DNA of 64,000 bases from an uncultured Acidobacteriota bacterium (GCA_963777605.1 CAVZRV010000030.1:288001-352000), one strand, 5' to 3'. Positions 53,306-63,904 are shown, counted from the first letter of the stretch. The notes: a model not told the origin generated them from the sequence alone. Made by a program: numbers and translations.

Positions 53306-53485
53306 GTCATGTAAGTATGTTCGGTGGGCAGCCTGCCCGCCGGAATCCGCGGCGCTCCATCCAAGAATCCCGATCACGCCACTCACATGCCGCAGCCGCA
53401 AGCCCCGGCACCACCGAAAAAAAGGGGGTGATCCCGCCAGGGAGCACCCCCCAATCACCCATCACAAATCATAGATCACAAATGT

Positions 53486-56146
53486 CTAGTGCGCCGGCCC
53501 GAAGAAGATCGCATTCATCAGGAGCAGGTGGTCGGCGACCACGAACCCACGGAAGGTCGGGTCTTCGGCGAAAGCAACCACGTTCCCACGGCCCATTCGC
53601 TCGTGCATGAGGTAGGCCTTCTCGCCCATCTGCTCGCGAGTCTCGTTCCAGGCAAAACCGCTCAGAAGCAGCTTGTCCGACGGGAAGTAGACACCCACGT
53701 TGGTACCCTGGTCCAACTTCAGCGGAGTGAAGATCCGGTTGCCTTCAACCAGGGCCGTCGTTTCGGCGTCGTAACCAAAGGCGAGCCAGTGCTCAGGATT
53801 GAGGCGGACCCGGACCAGGGCCCCGGGAATCGGCGCCGGGGCCTCGTCGGTCGGCTGGATCATTTCCTGGTAGGTTTCTTCGCCCTTCTTGTCACCCGCT
53901 TCTTTGGACTCGGACTTCTCAGTTGACTGCTTTCGCTCGGCCTTGGTCGAGAGCAGGCCGACCTTCTCACCGGCGAGCCACTGGCTGGCTCCGGCCAGGG
54001 AGATGAGCGTGCCGCCGGAACGGACCCAGTCCTTGATTCGGTTCACGCCTCGTTCACCCAGGGTTTGCGAATATCCGCCCCCCCACGGGGAAGCATCGGG
54101 AAGAACCAGGACGTTGAACTTGGAGAGGTCGGCCGAGCCAAGGTCGCTCGTGTGAAGCACCGTGACCGGGTAGTCGAAAAGCTGTTCGACGATGAAACGG
54201 GTGGCGCCGGCCGAGGCAGAACGGGTGGGAGCACTATAGGCAATCGCGACCAAAGGCTTGTGCAGGTAGGCCACATCATTACTGCCGAAGTTGATACCGT
54301 CGTCCACCCAGGCCGAGTTGGTGGGAACTACTTCGGCACCGGTCTCCGCGGCGATTTGAGCGAGAGTGGCGTGCAGATCCGAGGGGTTGTCCTTGCACTT
54401 GACGATCAATGTGCCGGCAGGGAACTCGCGACCGGAGAGGGTGAAAGACTTTCCTGCCGAGTAAACCCGGATCTTCTTCAGGAAGAGAGCAGAGAGCAGT
54501 CGGGCTGAGGCGCGACCGGTCCAGGGAACCATGTAGGCAAGTTCGGCGGTGCCCGGAGCCGGGGCAGCGAGGGTGATGGAATCTGCCGCAACGGGTACAG
54601 CCGCGGCTCCCGATTCTTTTGCCGACCGGTAGGCCTCTACGTCATAAAGAAGCGGGAGCGTCCATCCCGTTAAGTCGTAGAACTCGTCCCGCTCCCGCAG
54701 TTCCTGCCTGCGTTCCTGCTCGGCCAGGAAGTCCTTGGGCATGGGAACCTGCTGATCCAGCAGGTTGCGCACAAGACGGCCCGCGGGCTGGGCAGCAGAG
54801 ATGATGAAAGTTCCGGCCGGAAAATCCCGGGAGACCGCCGCAGTGTCCCGGTAACCGTGAAGACCGGAAACCGAAAATGCGTCGCGGGCTCGGAGAACCT
54901 GAATCCCCTGGCTGGCGAGATTCTTCATCAGCGCGTTGACTCGCCCGGTACCGGGATCGGGCGGAAACAGGTATTCACGAACATCACCCTTCTTTCCTTC
55001 TTCAATGGCCGATTTCCGGTTGGCTGCGAACGAATCCACGATGGCCTTACTGTTTCGAGCGGCCGTTTCCAGGGTCGCCAGAGACGACGTGAAGTGGTTG
55101 CGGACCGAGTCGCTGAACCGAAGGATGGTCTCGTCCTCCCTGCGCAGGGTCAGTCCGCGGACCGATGCCTCTTCGTAGGTCATGCCCACCGTTCCCTGGA
55201 ACATGGGCCAGTCTTCACCGTAGCCGGGATAGAAGGAGTCAAATACTTCCCGGGTGAAATAGTCGATACCCTGCTGGTCGAACCAACGCGCGTTGTTCTT
55301 ACCGAATTCGCTGAGCCAATGGACTTGGGATTCGGTGAGCCACGGGTTCAAGGGCTCGGCCGGGGGAGCAAAGTAATAGGTGGAGTCTCCGCCCATCTCG
55401 TGCAGATCGACGATGATCTGGGGATACCACTCCAGATAAACCTGGACCCGGCCCCGGGTCTCCGGCTGGGTGCGTCCGAACCAGTCTCGGTTCATGTCAA
55501 ACAGGTAGTGGTTGCTTCGACCGCCGGGCCACTCTTCGTTGTGTTCCGCGGCGTCGGGACTCGGATCGGGCCAGCGCCCCCGGGTTTGCCGAAAATACTG
55601 GACGAAACGAGTTCTCCCGTCCGGATTCTCGAGCGGGTCGATGATCACGACGCAGTCCTTCAGAATGGAATCCACCAGGCTGTCTCCCCGCGAGGCAGCC
55701 AGGTGATAGGCGACCAGCAGTGAGGCATTCGGGCTGGAGATCTCGTTCCCGTGGACACCGTACATCAGCCAGACGGTACAGGGAATATCCCCGGTCTGGC
55801 TGGATCCGCCCTCCGGGAATGCGAGTTGGTGGGTCGCCGCCTTGATCTGATCCATCCGGGCCAGGTTCTCCGGAGAAGATATGACCATGATGTAAAGGCT
55901 TCGGCCCTCCCAGGTCTTTCCATACTCCCTGAGTTCGACGACCGGAGAAGCGTCGGCAAGCCGGTGGAGATAGCGCTCGATCTCGCCATAACTCGAGACT
56001 TCCTCACCCCAGTCGTAGCCGACAACATCCTTCAGCGTCGGGATGTCGGGTGCGTATTTGGCTCCGGGGTAGTACTCGACTGCTTGTGCAGCGACGAGGG
56101 GGATCGACAGGCCCAACAACAGGACAGGAATCAGCAACCGCTTCAT
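53486..56146 (-). CDS. Secreted M14 family zinc carboxypeptidase
   Basis: Signal peptide. VHGNE, NPDG, DMNRD and DLHEM motifs, plus a C-terminal GATase-like segment. Confidence 0.9.
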   Translation of the reverse strand: MKRLLIPVLLLGLSIPLVAAQAVEYYPGAKYAPDIPTLKDVVGYDWGEEVSSYGEIERYLHRLADASPVVELREYGKTWEGRSLYIMVISSPENLARMDQIKAATHQLAFPEGGSSQTGDIPCTVWLMYGVHGNEISSPNASLLVAYHLAASRGDSLVDSILKDCVVIIDPLENPDGRTRFVQYFRQTRGRWPDPSPDAAEHNEEWPGGRSNHYLFDMNRDWFGRTQPETRGRVQVYLEWYPQIIVDLHEMGGDSTYYFAPPAEPLNPWLTESQVHWLSEFGKNNARWFDQQGIDYFTREVFDSFYPGYGEDWPMFQGTVGMTYEEASVRGLTLRREDETILRFSDSVRNHFTSSLATLETAARNSKAIVDSFAANRKSAIEEGKKGDVREYLFPPDPGTGRVNALMKNLASQGIQVLRARDAFSVSGLHGYRDTAAVSRDFPAGTFIISAAQPAGRLVRNLLDQQVPMPKDFLAEQERRQELRERDEFYDLTGWTLPLLYDVEAYRSAKESGAAAVPVAADSITLAAPAPGTAELAYMVPWTGRASARLLSALFLKKIRVYSAGKSFTLSGREFPAGTLIVKCKDNPSDLHATLAQIAAETGAEVVPTNSAWVDDGINFGSNDVAYLHKPLVAIAYSAPTRSASAGATRFIVEQLFDYPVTVLHTSDLGSADLSKFNVLVLPDASPWGGGYSQTLGERGVNRIKDWVRSGGTLISLAGASQWLAGEKVGLLSTKAERKQSTEKSESKEAGDKKGEETYQEMIQPTDEAPAPIPGALVRVRLNPEHWLAFGYDAETTALVEGNRIFTPLKLDQGTNVGVYFPSDKLLLSGFAWNETREQMGEKAYLMHERMGRGNVVAFAEDPTFRGFVVADHLLLMNAIFFGPAH

Positions 56147-56203
56147 GGAGTCTCCCTAGTTCTAAAAGTTTGTCTTCTAGAAAACCACGACACCGGAAAG
56201 CCG

Positions 56204-57212
56204 TCATCTGCGCGGATCCAGGACGGCCGCCCCGGAGATCTTACCATCTCGCAAACGGTTCAGCGCCTCATTGGCCGCCTCCAGCGGGAACTTTTCAATT
56301 GTCGCGTGCACCGGAACCTGCGGGGCGATTCCCATGAACTCATCACCATCCTTCCGGGTTAGGTTGGCGACCGACTCAATCCGGCGCTCGCCCCACAGGA
56401 TCTCGTATGGGAACTCCGGAATAGGGCTCATGTGAATGCCGCCGCAGACTACGATCCCTCCCTTTCGGACTGCACGCAGGGCGGCGGGGACGAGGGAGCC
56501 GACCGGGAGCGAAAATGATTGCGGCGTCCAGCTCTTCGGGAGGCGGTTGGTCGGAACCTTCCGCCCAAACTGCCCCGAGCTTCCGGGCAAACTCCTGGGC
56601 AGTCCCATCGCCGGGCCGCGTGAAGGCGTAAACTCTTCTCCCCTGGTGGATGGCCACCTGGGCGACGATATGGGCGGCCGCTCCAAATCCGTAAAGCCCG
56701 AGAGCCTCGGCATCCCCGGCTTTCTTGAGGGACCGGTAGCCGATCAGCCCGGCACATAGCAGGGGAGCCGCTTCCGCGGATTCGTATGCGTCGGGAATGG
56801 GCACGGCGAAGCGCTGGTCCGCTGCAGTGTACTCGGCATAGCCGCCATCGATGGTGTAGCCCGTGAAACGGGCCTGGTCGCAGAGGTTCTCGAGTCCCGA
56901 CCGGCAGTAGCGGCACTTGCCACAGGTCCAACCCATCCAGGGGATTCCAATCCTCTGACCTACCTCGAGGTTGGTCACCTCGGGTCCGGTTTGAACCACG
57001 GAGCCAACGATTTCGTGCCCGGGAATGAGCGGGACCTTGGGTTCGGGGAGTTCCCCATCTACTACGTGAAGATCCGTCCGGCAGACGGCACATGCATCAA
57101 TCCTGACGACAACCTGGCCGGCTCCGGCTTGAGGGATGGGAACCCGTTCCAGGCTCAGTGGCCGGGACGCATCCCTGAAGAGCATTGCTCGCATGGTTTG
57201 GTTGTCCGACAC
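56204..57212 (-). CDS. Zinc-dependent alcohol dehydrogenase (MDR), +1 frameshift near 56506
   Basis: CRTD, GHEIVG, CGKCRYC...ENLC and GLYGFG motifs. The C-terminus (VGSLVP...GGIHMS) is in the second frame. Confidence 0.9.
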
Positions 57213-57363
57213 GACAGATCACTCCTTTCTCCGAATGACGATCAATCGTCAATGTTCTGGTAGACCAGGACGCAGGGATGCCATCTTATCCCCTTTGGAA
57301 CTTACTCTCCATTCGTCTTAGACTCCTGTGAGGCAGTTGGTCTGATAGAGGAAGAGAGGGTGA

Positions 57364-58509
57364 GTGCATCAGGGTTCGCTTCAATATATCGATGCCGCGA
57401 ACATCGACCGGGCACCTTGGCCGGACAGCCCTGAGGCGCAGAAGGCGGCGCGCTACCTGGCCCCGCTCATTCGCTACGGAGTAAGGCCTTACCTGCTCAA
57501 TGCATCGGTCGTTGTGAGCGCGCTTGTAATCGGCGCAAAGGTTGTTCCCGTTGTCGCTGCCGAGCCGCGGGAAGGGCAGACCAACTCCCTTTCGATTCTC
57601 AGCCACTACGTCGAGTATCCCAAGCGCGAACTGCACAAGCTTCGCTACCCGGTTCTCGCCTACCCAATAAGAATCGGCCTGGTTCTCCTGGGATGGATCA
57701 GCCGGCTTTTCGTTCTTGACCGCGTTGTCTACCTGAACAACTGGCTTTGGCCAACCAATCCACCGGTGGCTCTGAGCGAAGAGGAAATCGACCAGGTCCG
57801 AGACTTCCTCGTGGGCCGGTTTCCGGGGAGGGCGATCGTAGTGCGCTCGCTCAACCCCGCCGTGTGCGGGGAGCTTGTCGATCGCCTGTCCGGCGCCGGG
57901 TTTCGACTGATCAGGAGCCGCCGGATCTTTCTCCTCGACCCCTCCGATGAGCGCCTGAAGCGGAGCCGGGACTTAGCCAAGGATGAGAAGCTCCAACTGC
58001 GGGACCCGCTCCCCATCCGGACGCCTGATACGCTGTCCGAGGAGGAATCTCAACAGGTCGCAGAGATCTATCGGCAGCTCTACATCGAGAAGTATTCCGA
58101 GCTGAATGCGCAGTTCACTCCGGAGTACTTTCGAATTCTGGTAGAGAGCGGTGTGGTCGAAGTTCGCCTGATCGACTGTGACGGGAGGATCGCCTGCATA
58201 ACGGTCTGGGCGGAGCAGGACCGCAACATGACCGGCGTGATGATCGGATACGACATGTCGATTCCGCGATCACGTGGGTTGCTTCGCCGTGCCTTTCTGG
58301 CCAAGATCAAGGAGGCTCAGAGGACGGGCAGCCGGTTTAATATGAGTGCCGGCTCGGGCCGATTCAAGGTGAATCGGGGAGCGGTTCCCGTGACCGAGTA
58401 CGATGCCGTCTATTACTCCCACCTGAAGCTCGGAAAACGCATGGCGTGGAGCACGCTTCGTCTTCTGATGAATGTTTGGGAGAGGGTTGAGTTCCGGTTC
58501 TTTGGCTAA
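57364..58509 (+). CDS. GNAT/FemAB-like conserved protein
   Basis: NNWLWPTN, VRSLN, LY.EKYS.LN.QFT, GYD and SAGSG.FK..RG pattern. Confidence 0.65.
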   Translation: MHQGSLQYIDAANIDRAPWPDSPEAQKAARYLAPLIRYGVRPYLLNASVVVSALVIGAKVVPVVAAEPREGQTNSLSILSHYVEYPKRELHKLRYPVLAYPIRIGLVLLGWISRLFVLDRVVYLNNWLWPTNPPVALSEEEIDQVRDFLVGRFPGRAIVVRSLNPAVCGELVDRLSGAGFRLIRSRRIFLLDPSDERLKRSRDLAKDEKLQLRDPLPIRTPDTLSEEESQQVAEIYRQLYIEKYSELNAQFTPEYFRILVESGVVEVRLIDCDGRIACITVWAEQDRNMTGVMIGYDMSIPRSRGLLRRAFLAKIKEAQRTGSRFNMSAGSGRFKVNRGAVPVTEYDAVYYSHLKLGKRMAWSTLRLLMNVWERVEFRFFG

Positions 58510-58539
58510 TCCGACCCGCTTTTTGGTAGACTTCGCCTC

Positions 58540-59931
58540 GTGGAAATCGATACCAATTCTAAACCGTGGTCGCCCAGTTCCTGGCAGGAAAGTCGGATAT
58601 CCCAGATCCCTGACTATCCGGACACTGCGATGCGGGACCGGGTGCTCCAGGAGTTGACCAAGCTTCCCCCTCTGGTTACCAGTTGGGAGGTTGAGGACCT
58701 CAAATCCCAGTTGGCGGATGCCGCGCTGGGCAAGCGCTTTCTTCTGCAGGGAGGGGATTGCTCGGAAAGCTTCGAGGACTGCAACTCCACTGTCATAGCC
58801 AACAAGCTCAAGATCCTGCTTCAGATGAGCCTGATCCTGGTGGTCGGCGGCAAGAAGCCGGTCATCCGGGTGGGAAGAATTGCGGGACAGTACGCTAAAC
58901 CCCGGTCTTCCGATCTGGAGTCGAAAGGACCCAAGAAGCTGCCGAGCTACCGCGGCGACCTGATCAACCGGTACGCGTTCACGGACCGGGACCGGGTTCC
59001 GAATCCGGAACTGATGCTCCGCGGGTATGAGCGATCCGCTCTGACTCTGAATTTCATACGCGGCCTGGTTGACGGCGGGTTTGCCGACCTTCATCATCCG
59101 GAGTACTGGGATATCGATTTCGTGGCTCACTCCCCCGAGTCGGCCGAGTACCGGCGCATTATGGAGTCGATTTCTCACGCGGTCGGGTTTCTCGAAACGA
59201 TCCTCGGTGGTCGGGTCGATGAATTCAAGCGGGTGGACTTCTTCACCAGCCACGAGGGTCTCCATCTTCCCTACGAACAGGCGCAGACCCGGCACGTCCC
59301 CCACCGAACGGGCTGGTATAACCTTGCCACCCATTTTCCCTGGATCGGAAATCGGACCCGGGAACTGGATGGGTCTCACATTGAGTTCTTCCGCGGCATC
59401 GCCAACCCGATCGCGGTCAAGATTTCGAAGATGCCTCCAGAAGAGCTTCTGAATTTGATCGAGATTCTCAGCCCCAGGAACGAGCCGGGACGGCTTACGT
59501 TGATCCACCGGTTCGGCGTGGACCGGGTTGAAGACGAGCTGCCACCGTTGGTCGAAGCAGTCCAGCGGCGTGGTCAGATGGTTCTCTGGTGTTGCGACCC
59601 GATGCATGGAAATACGGAGAAGACGGCCTCGGGAAAGAAGACCCGGAATTTCAGCAAGATTCTGAGGGAGTTGGAACAGGCTTTTCGGGTGCACCGGGAA
59701 ATGGGTTCCTACCTCGGGGGCGTCCACTTCGAGTTGACCGGCGAGAACGTGACCGAGTGCATCGGCGGCGCCAGGGGGCTTTCTGAGGGGGACCTCTCAC
59801 GGGCCTACCGGACCCAGGTCGATCCCCGGCTCAACTACGAGCAGGCGCTGGAGATGGCTCTACTGATCTCCCGACTGATGAGCCGAATGAACGGCGGCGA
59901 AAAGGAACCGAAGATCGGGTTGAAGGTGTAG
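58540..59931 (+). CDS. Class II (plant-type) DAHP synthase
   Basis: LLQGGDC.E, GRIAGQYAKPRS, TSHE.L, CDPMHGNT and DPRLN motifs. Confidence 0.95.
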   Translation: MEIDTNSKPWSPSSWQESRISQIPDYPDTAMRDRVLQELTKLPPLVTSWEVEDLKSQLADAALGKRFLLQGGDCSESFEDCNSTVIANKLKILLQMSLILVVGGKKPVIRVGRIAGQYAKPRSSDLESKGPKKLPSYRGDLINRYAFTDRDRVPNPELMLRGYERSALTLNFIRGLVDGGFADLHHPEYWDIDFVAHSPESAEYRRIMESISHAVGFLETILGGRVDEFKRVDFFTSHEGLHLPYEQAQTRHVPHRTGWYNLATHFPWIGNRTRELDGSHIEFFRGIANPIAVKISKMPPEELLNLIEILSPRNEPGRLTLIHRFGVDRVEDELPPLVEAVQRRGQMVLWCCDPMHGNTEKTASGKKTRNFSKILRELEQAFRVHREMGSYLGGVHFELTGENVTECIGGARGLSEGDLSRAYRTQVDPRLNYEQALEMALLISRLMSRMNGGEKEPKIGLKV

Positions 59932-59980
59932 GGTTTCTGGTTCCTGGTTCCTGGTTCCTGGTTCCTGGTTTCGGGTTTCA
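59932..59980 (+). repeat. GTTCCTG heptamer tandem repeat
   Basis: Four perfect GTTCCTG units plus degenerate flanking units, directly after the DAHP synthase stop. Confidence 0.8.
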
Positions 59981-60034
59981 TTGGTAGCCGGGAACCCGCC
60001 GAGTCCCATGTCCTATGGGTCCCATTAACTACGC

Positions 60035-61825
60035 TTACTGCGCCGCGGCAAGCTCCTCGGCCTGCTGAATAAAATTCTCGATTTCGCGCAGCCCGAACTT
60101 CCAGAACTGAGGATCCCTCAGATCGACTCCCAACCGCGTGAGCAGGTTGTGGGGCCAGTCCGACCCACCGGCTTCCAGAACCGAGAGGTATCGGTCGGCA
60201 AAGCCTTCGGGTTCTTTCCGATAGATTGAATACAGGGCAAGGACAAGGAGTTCACCAAAGGCGTAGGCATAGACGTAGCCGGGCGTGTGAAGAAAGTGGG
60301 GGATGTAGCTCCACCAGATTGAATAGTGCCGGCCGAGCGTCACACTACCCTGGAACATCTCGTTCTGAGTCTCGTTCCAGAGGGTGCTGAACCGCTCTGA
60401 TGGAAGCTCCCCTTCCTCACGTCGCGCCTGGTGGATCCGCGCCTCGAAGCGATTCATGGCGACCTGGCGGAACACGGTGGCCGTCGTGTCGTCGATCTTG
60501 CCCACCAGCATGGCCAGGCGCCGGCGGTCGTCGGTCTCCAGTTCAAGCATCCGGCGGAAGACCAGCATCTCTCCGAAGACCGAGGCGGTTTCAGCGGTCG
60601 TCAGCGGGGTATTGCACTGCAGGCTTCCGCGGGCACGAGCCAGGTACTGGTGGATTCCGTGGCCCAGTTCGTGGGCAAGGGTCTGAACGTCGCGGCTGTT
60701 TCCCGTGAAATTCATGAGAATGTAAGGATGAACCTGCGGAACCGCACTGTGACTGAATGCTCCACCACGCTTGCCGGGCCGGATCGGGGCGTCGATCCAG
60801 TTCTCGCTGAAGAAGGGCTCTACGATCTCGGCCATCCGGGGCGAGAAGTGACCGTAAGCGGACGTGACGATCTCCCGGGCCTGCTGCCAGGTGTAATGGG
60901 AATCGCTCTCGAAAACCGGAGCGTAACGGTCGAAGTCCTGGAGTTCGTCGAGGCCGAGCAACCTCTTCTTGAGGGTGTAGTAACGCGCGACCAGGTCGAA
61001 TCGGCTCGATACCGCACTGACCAGCGCCTCCACGGACTCATCGCTGATTTCGTTCGAGAGGTTGCGGGCTGACAGCCAGTGAGGGTAGTTCCGGAGTCGG
61101 TCATCGGAGGCCTTCTCGCCCAGCAGGGTGTTGAAGATATAGGTGAGCGTCCGGAGCCTGCTTTGAAGCCCTTCGGTGAACGACTCAGCTGCACGTCGGC
61201 GAAGGGAACGGTCCTTTTCGTAGAGTTTCGAAAGGATTTCCTGTTCGGTTAGGCTCTCGCCGTCGAGTTTGAACCGGGCGGCTCCAAGGACTTCGTCAAA
61301 GAACCGTGTCCACGCGCCGACGCCTGTCACCGATTTTTCCGCGACGATCTTTTCTTCCGGCTCGGTCAGAACATGCCGCTTACGAAGAGCCAGAGTTTCC
61401 AGGAAGTGCGCGTAGTGCTGCAGTTCGGCCGACTCCCAGAGGGAAGGGCCACGTTCTGCTGCGACATCGATCAATTCGATGTCGAAAAAGATCAGCATTT
61501 GGGCGATTGCGGTGTACTGTTCCCTGACCTTCTGGAGGAGGGCGCCCCGGTGGGCATCCTCGGTGTCGGTGCTCCAGTTGAGGAATGCGTAAGTAAATGC
61601 CCGATCAAGGGTTCCCTGGCAGGATTCAAAACTTGCCAGAGACTCGCGCAGCTCCTCGGGCGACAGGTTTTCAATCTGGCCGCGGTACCGGGTGGCAAAT
61701 GCTTCAACCTGGGCGGCAACGTCTTCGAGGGCCTGGACCAGTTGCTCCTCGCTGCTATAGAGGTCGGAGAGGTTCCATGCCACATTTTCGGCACCGGTCT
61801 TGAATGGCTGCTTCGATTCAGTCAT
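60035..61825 (-). CDS. pepF: M3 family oligoendopeptidase F
   Basis: WNLSDLY, GKRGGAF, TLAHELGH, AETAS.F.E and YVYAYAFG motifs. Confidence 0.92.
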   Translation of the reverse strand: MTESKQPFKTGAENVAWNLSDLYSSEEQLVQALEDVAAQVEAFATRYRGQIENLSPEELRESLASFESCQGTLDRAFTYAFLNWSTDTEDAHRGALLQKVREQYTAIAQMLIFFDIELIDVAAERGPSLWESAELQHYAHFLETLALRKRHVLTEPEEKIVAEKSVTGVGAWTRFFDEVLGAARFKLDGESLTEQEILSKLYEKDRSLRRRAAESFTEGLQSRLRTLTYIFNTLLGEKASDDRLRNYPHWLSARNLSNEISDESVEALVSAVSSRFDLVARYYTLKKRLLGLDELQDFDRYAPVFESDSHYTWQQAREIVTSAYGHFSPRMAEIVEPFFSENWIDAPIRPGKRGGAFSHSAVPQVHPYILMNFTGNSRDVQTLAHELGHGIHQYLARARGSLQCNTPLTTAETASVFGEMLVFRRMLELETDDRRRLAMLVGKIDDTTATVFRQVAMNRFEARIHQARREEGELPSERFSTLWNETQNEMFQGSVTLGRHYSIWWSYIPHFLHTPGYVYAYAFGELLVLALYSIYRKEPEGFADRYLSVLEAGGSDWPHNLLTRLGVDLRDPQFWKFGLREIENFIQQAEELAAAQ

Positions 61826-61885
61826 GGAAAGCAGTTTCTCAAACTCGGCCCCTGAGAGGAAGGAGGAACCTGCTTGGAAGCCGTC

Positions 61886-62170
61886 TCAAGAGGCGAGTCG
61901 GACGATAGTGGCACCCCATCCGGAAGAGTCCTGCGCCAGGCGAAAATCGATTACGCCGGGGGTCTTGCGGAGAATCGAGTGAACGCGCTCTCGGAGGACG
62001 CCGGTGCCTTTGCCGTGAATGATCCTGACATCGAGGATGCCTCGCTTCCGGCACTCTTCGAGGTAGTCCGGAACCAGGGTGCCTACTTCACGTGGAGCGA
62101 AGTTGTGCAGGTCCAGGATCCCGTCGATGGGGAATTCGACCGGTTCTTCCCCCCAGTCGTCCTCAGCCAT
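61886..62170 (-). CDS. Smr domain protein
   Basis: LDLH, IIHGKGTGVLR and GWGAT motifs. Confidence 0.9.
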   Translation of the reverse strand: MAEDDWGEEPVEFPIDGILDLHNFAPREVGTLVPDYLEECRKRGILDVRIIHGKGTGVLRERVHSILRKTPGVIDFRLAQDSSGWGATIVRLAS

Positions 62171-62267
62171 GTGTCGATCCGAACCTCGAAGCTGCTAGTA
62201 TTCGGTCTGCAAGCATGCTCCAGATTGTGGCCGAGGTGAGCGCTCAAGACAAGAGAGGGATTGATCG

Positions 62268-63419
62268 ATGGTACCAACTTCAAAACGGATTGAAACTGAA
62301 GTGATTCATGGTGGGGACCAGAATGAACGGTACGGAGACGCCGTCGTGTTGCCCATCTTCCAGTCGGCCACCTTCCTGTATCGGGGGGAGACCTCCTATG
62401 AGGCACTCCGCTACATCCGACTCAACAACACGCCGAATCATGTCGTGCTGCAAAGTCGCCTCGCTCGACTGGAGGGAGGGGAATCGGCGCTGGTCACTGG
62501 CAGCGGAATGGCCGCGATCTCCGCGACTTTGCTCTCGGTCTTGAAGACGGGAGACCACCTCCTCGCTCAGCGGACTCTGTACGGAGGCACGTTGGATCTG
62601 CTGGCCAAGGATTTTCCGTCCCTCGGAATCGCCTTCGATGTGATCGATGTAGATGACCCCGAATCGTGGGAACCTTTGCTCCGGCCTACCACCCGTGCCA
62701 TCCTGGTCGAGGGTATCTCCAACCCGCTCGTGGAAATCGGAAATCTTCCGGCGGTGGCTGGTTTTGCCCGCGAACACGGGCTGGTCAGCCTGATCGACAA
62801 CACTTTTGCGACACCTGTGAACTTCCGGCCGCTCGAACATGGTTTCGATTTGGTCGTCCACAGTGCCACCAAGTACTTGAACGGACACTCCGACATCGTC
62901 GCGGGGGCTGTTATCGGCTCTGGAGACCGGGTGGCGGAGGCGAATCGAAAACTCCTTCACTTCGGTGGCTGCCTGGATCCTCACGCGTGCTTCCTGCTGG
63001 AAAGGGGGCTGAAGACGCTGGCGTTAAGAGTGCGGTACCAGAATGAAAGTGCCTCTCGAATTGCCGGCTTTCTGAGCAGTCATCCAAACGTCCGCCGCGT
63101 GTTCTACCCGGGGCTCGAGAACTGGGGGAACCCGGAAGGAAAAGCCCTCTTTTCGGGTTTCGGTGGGATGCTCAGCTTCGAGTTGCAGGGAGACTCGGAA
63201 AAGACCCGTGATTTTCTCTCCCGCCTCGAGATCCCGGTAGAAGCTCCCAGCCTTGGCGGGGTCGAAAGCCTGATGACACGGCCCTCGACGACCTCTCACT
63301 CGGGGCTTTCGCCCCAGGAAAGGGAAGCGTTGGGGATTCGAGACGGCCTGATTCGATTCTCGGTGGGGATCGAATCTACTGATGACCTGATCGAAGACCT
63401 TGACCGTGCGCTTCGGTGA
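62268..63419 (+). CDS. Cys/Met metabolism PLP enzyme (cystathionine/methionine gamma-lyase family)
   Basis: SGMAAI, DNTFATP, HSATKYLNGHSD and SLGGVESL motifs. Confidence 0.92.
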   Translation: MVPTSKRIETEVIHGGDQNERYGDAVVLPIFQSATFLYRGETSYEALRYIRLNNTPNHVVLQSRLARLEGGESALVTGSGMAAISATLLSVLKTGDHLLAQRTLYGGTLDLLAKDFPSLGIAFDVIDVDDPESWEPLLRPTTRAILVEGISNPLVEIGNLPAVAGFAREHGLVSLIDNTFATPVNFRPLEHGFDLVVHSATKYLNGHSDIVAGAVIGSGDRVAEANRKLLHFGGCLDPHACFLLERGLKTLALRVRYQNESASRIAGFLSSHPNVRRVFYPGLENWGNPEGKALFSGFGGMLSFELQGDSEKTRDFLSRLEIPVEAPSLGGVESLMTRPSTTSHSGLSPQEREALGIRDGLIRFSVGIESTDDLIEDLDRALR

Positions 63420-63592
63420 AGTGCCGAACTCCCAGCACTGGACTTCGAGTTACCCGGAGACCAATCACAACGTTGAGGGGATTCTCCCCGAAGCCGACGA
63501 GGCACTTTATCGGGCCAAGAACACGCGGCGGAACCAGGTCCTTGCGGCGCAGGGATTCCTTGTCTGAAGTCTTGAGGGTATGATCATCGCCG

Positions 63593-63904
63593 ATGAGGGA
63601 AGTTCACACAAAAGCTGACGTTGACGATATCCTGAGACTCCCGTACGCGGTGGTCTTCAAGCACAGTTCACTTTGCCCCTCAAGTGCGCGCGCCCACTCG
63701 GTAGTGCGCGATCTCGCCAAAAGCAAACCCGACGTCCCGATATTCCTGATCCTGGTGATCGAGTCTCGGGAGGCATCCCTTTACCTGGCCGAACGCGTGG
63801 GTGTGACGCACCAGTCCCCTCAGTTGCTGGTACTGCGTAATGGCGTCGTCGAATGGCACGTGTCCCATTTCGACATCACCCCCAGCCTGATGGATCAATT
63901 GTAG
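63593..63904 (+). CDS. YtxJ/DUF2847 family thioredoxin-like protein (monothiol bacilliredoxin-type)
   Basis: FKHS..CP.S, ESR..S and V.HQSPQ motifs. Confidence 0.85.
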   Translation: MREVHTKADVDDILRLPYAVVFKHSSLCPSSARAHSVVRDLAKSKPDVPIFLILVIESREASLYLAERVGVTHQSPQLLVLRNGVVEWHVSHFDITPSLMDQL

